In this document: positions 63,940-64,000 of the stretch, piece by piece | Position numbering within the stretch: position 1 is the stretch's first letter | Layout of the letters: each line of letters opens with the position of its first letter | Virus record (IMG/VR): IMGVR_UViG_3300035181_000357 | Location: 124,001 to 188,000 of that record | Length of the DNA: 64,000 bases | Reading direction: 5' to 3' (one strand) | Notes under the pieces: model-generated | Told to the model about the DNA's origin: nothing | Database searches by the model: none | Seen by the model: the letters and a program-made list of their open reading frames with translations, nothing else | Made by a program: the position numbers and the translations under genes

Positions 63940-64000
63940 GCAGATGTACGCTATCTGGTATCTCGGAAATCCTGAAAAGGTTGTGTTTTTAGCACACCGT
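63940..64000 (+). tRNA. Possible further tRNA (GAA anticodon, long variable arm) cut by window end
   Basis: AATC-CTGAAAA-GGTT arm then GTGT/ACAC hairpin; T arm and 3' strand outside window. Confidence 0.35.

Noticed and set aside
1-64000. CRISPR array, IS element, integrase or rRNA
   Set aside because: No regularly spaced repeats, transposase or integrase motifs, or rRNA-like sequence seen

Overview
A 64-kb segment of a large (jumbo-type) contractile-tailed phage genome, standard genetic code, host not identifiable from this window. About 0.2-31.5 kb: AT-rich virion/tail/baseplate and cell-wall-hydrolase genes, including a 2678-aa Ig-repeat protein ending in two tandem Hint domains, plus a minus-strand trio (kinase-like protein, DUF1599-like protein, UvrD). 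About 31.6-37.4 kb: Ntn protease, Hsp20, phosphoesterase, lytic transglycosylase, deaminase. About 37.4-58.2 kb: genes partly behind a recurring TTRYCY-N18-TAAT(C/A)T promoter, including rIIA/rIIB, NAD salvage (NadM-Nudix, NadV), an RlmN-like radical SAM enzyme, ClpP, a Ro60/TROVE-like protein and an RNA-repair trio (PNK-like kinase, Nudix, RNA ligase). 58.2-64 kb: an RNA-gene island with 20 tRNA genes (one more probably cut by the window end), a tmRNA and many structured spacers. The most unusual signals are in this island: a circularly permuted tRNA-like RNA (YrlA-like order), a tRNA-Arg with a 39-nt anticodon-loop insertion, a tandem ~150-nt RNA motif with compensatory changes, and tRNAs whose variable-arm class does not match their anticodon. 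All protein calls come from motif recognition by eye and all RNA folds are manual; no searches were run.
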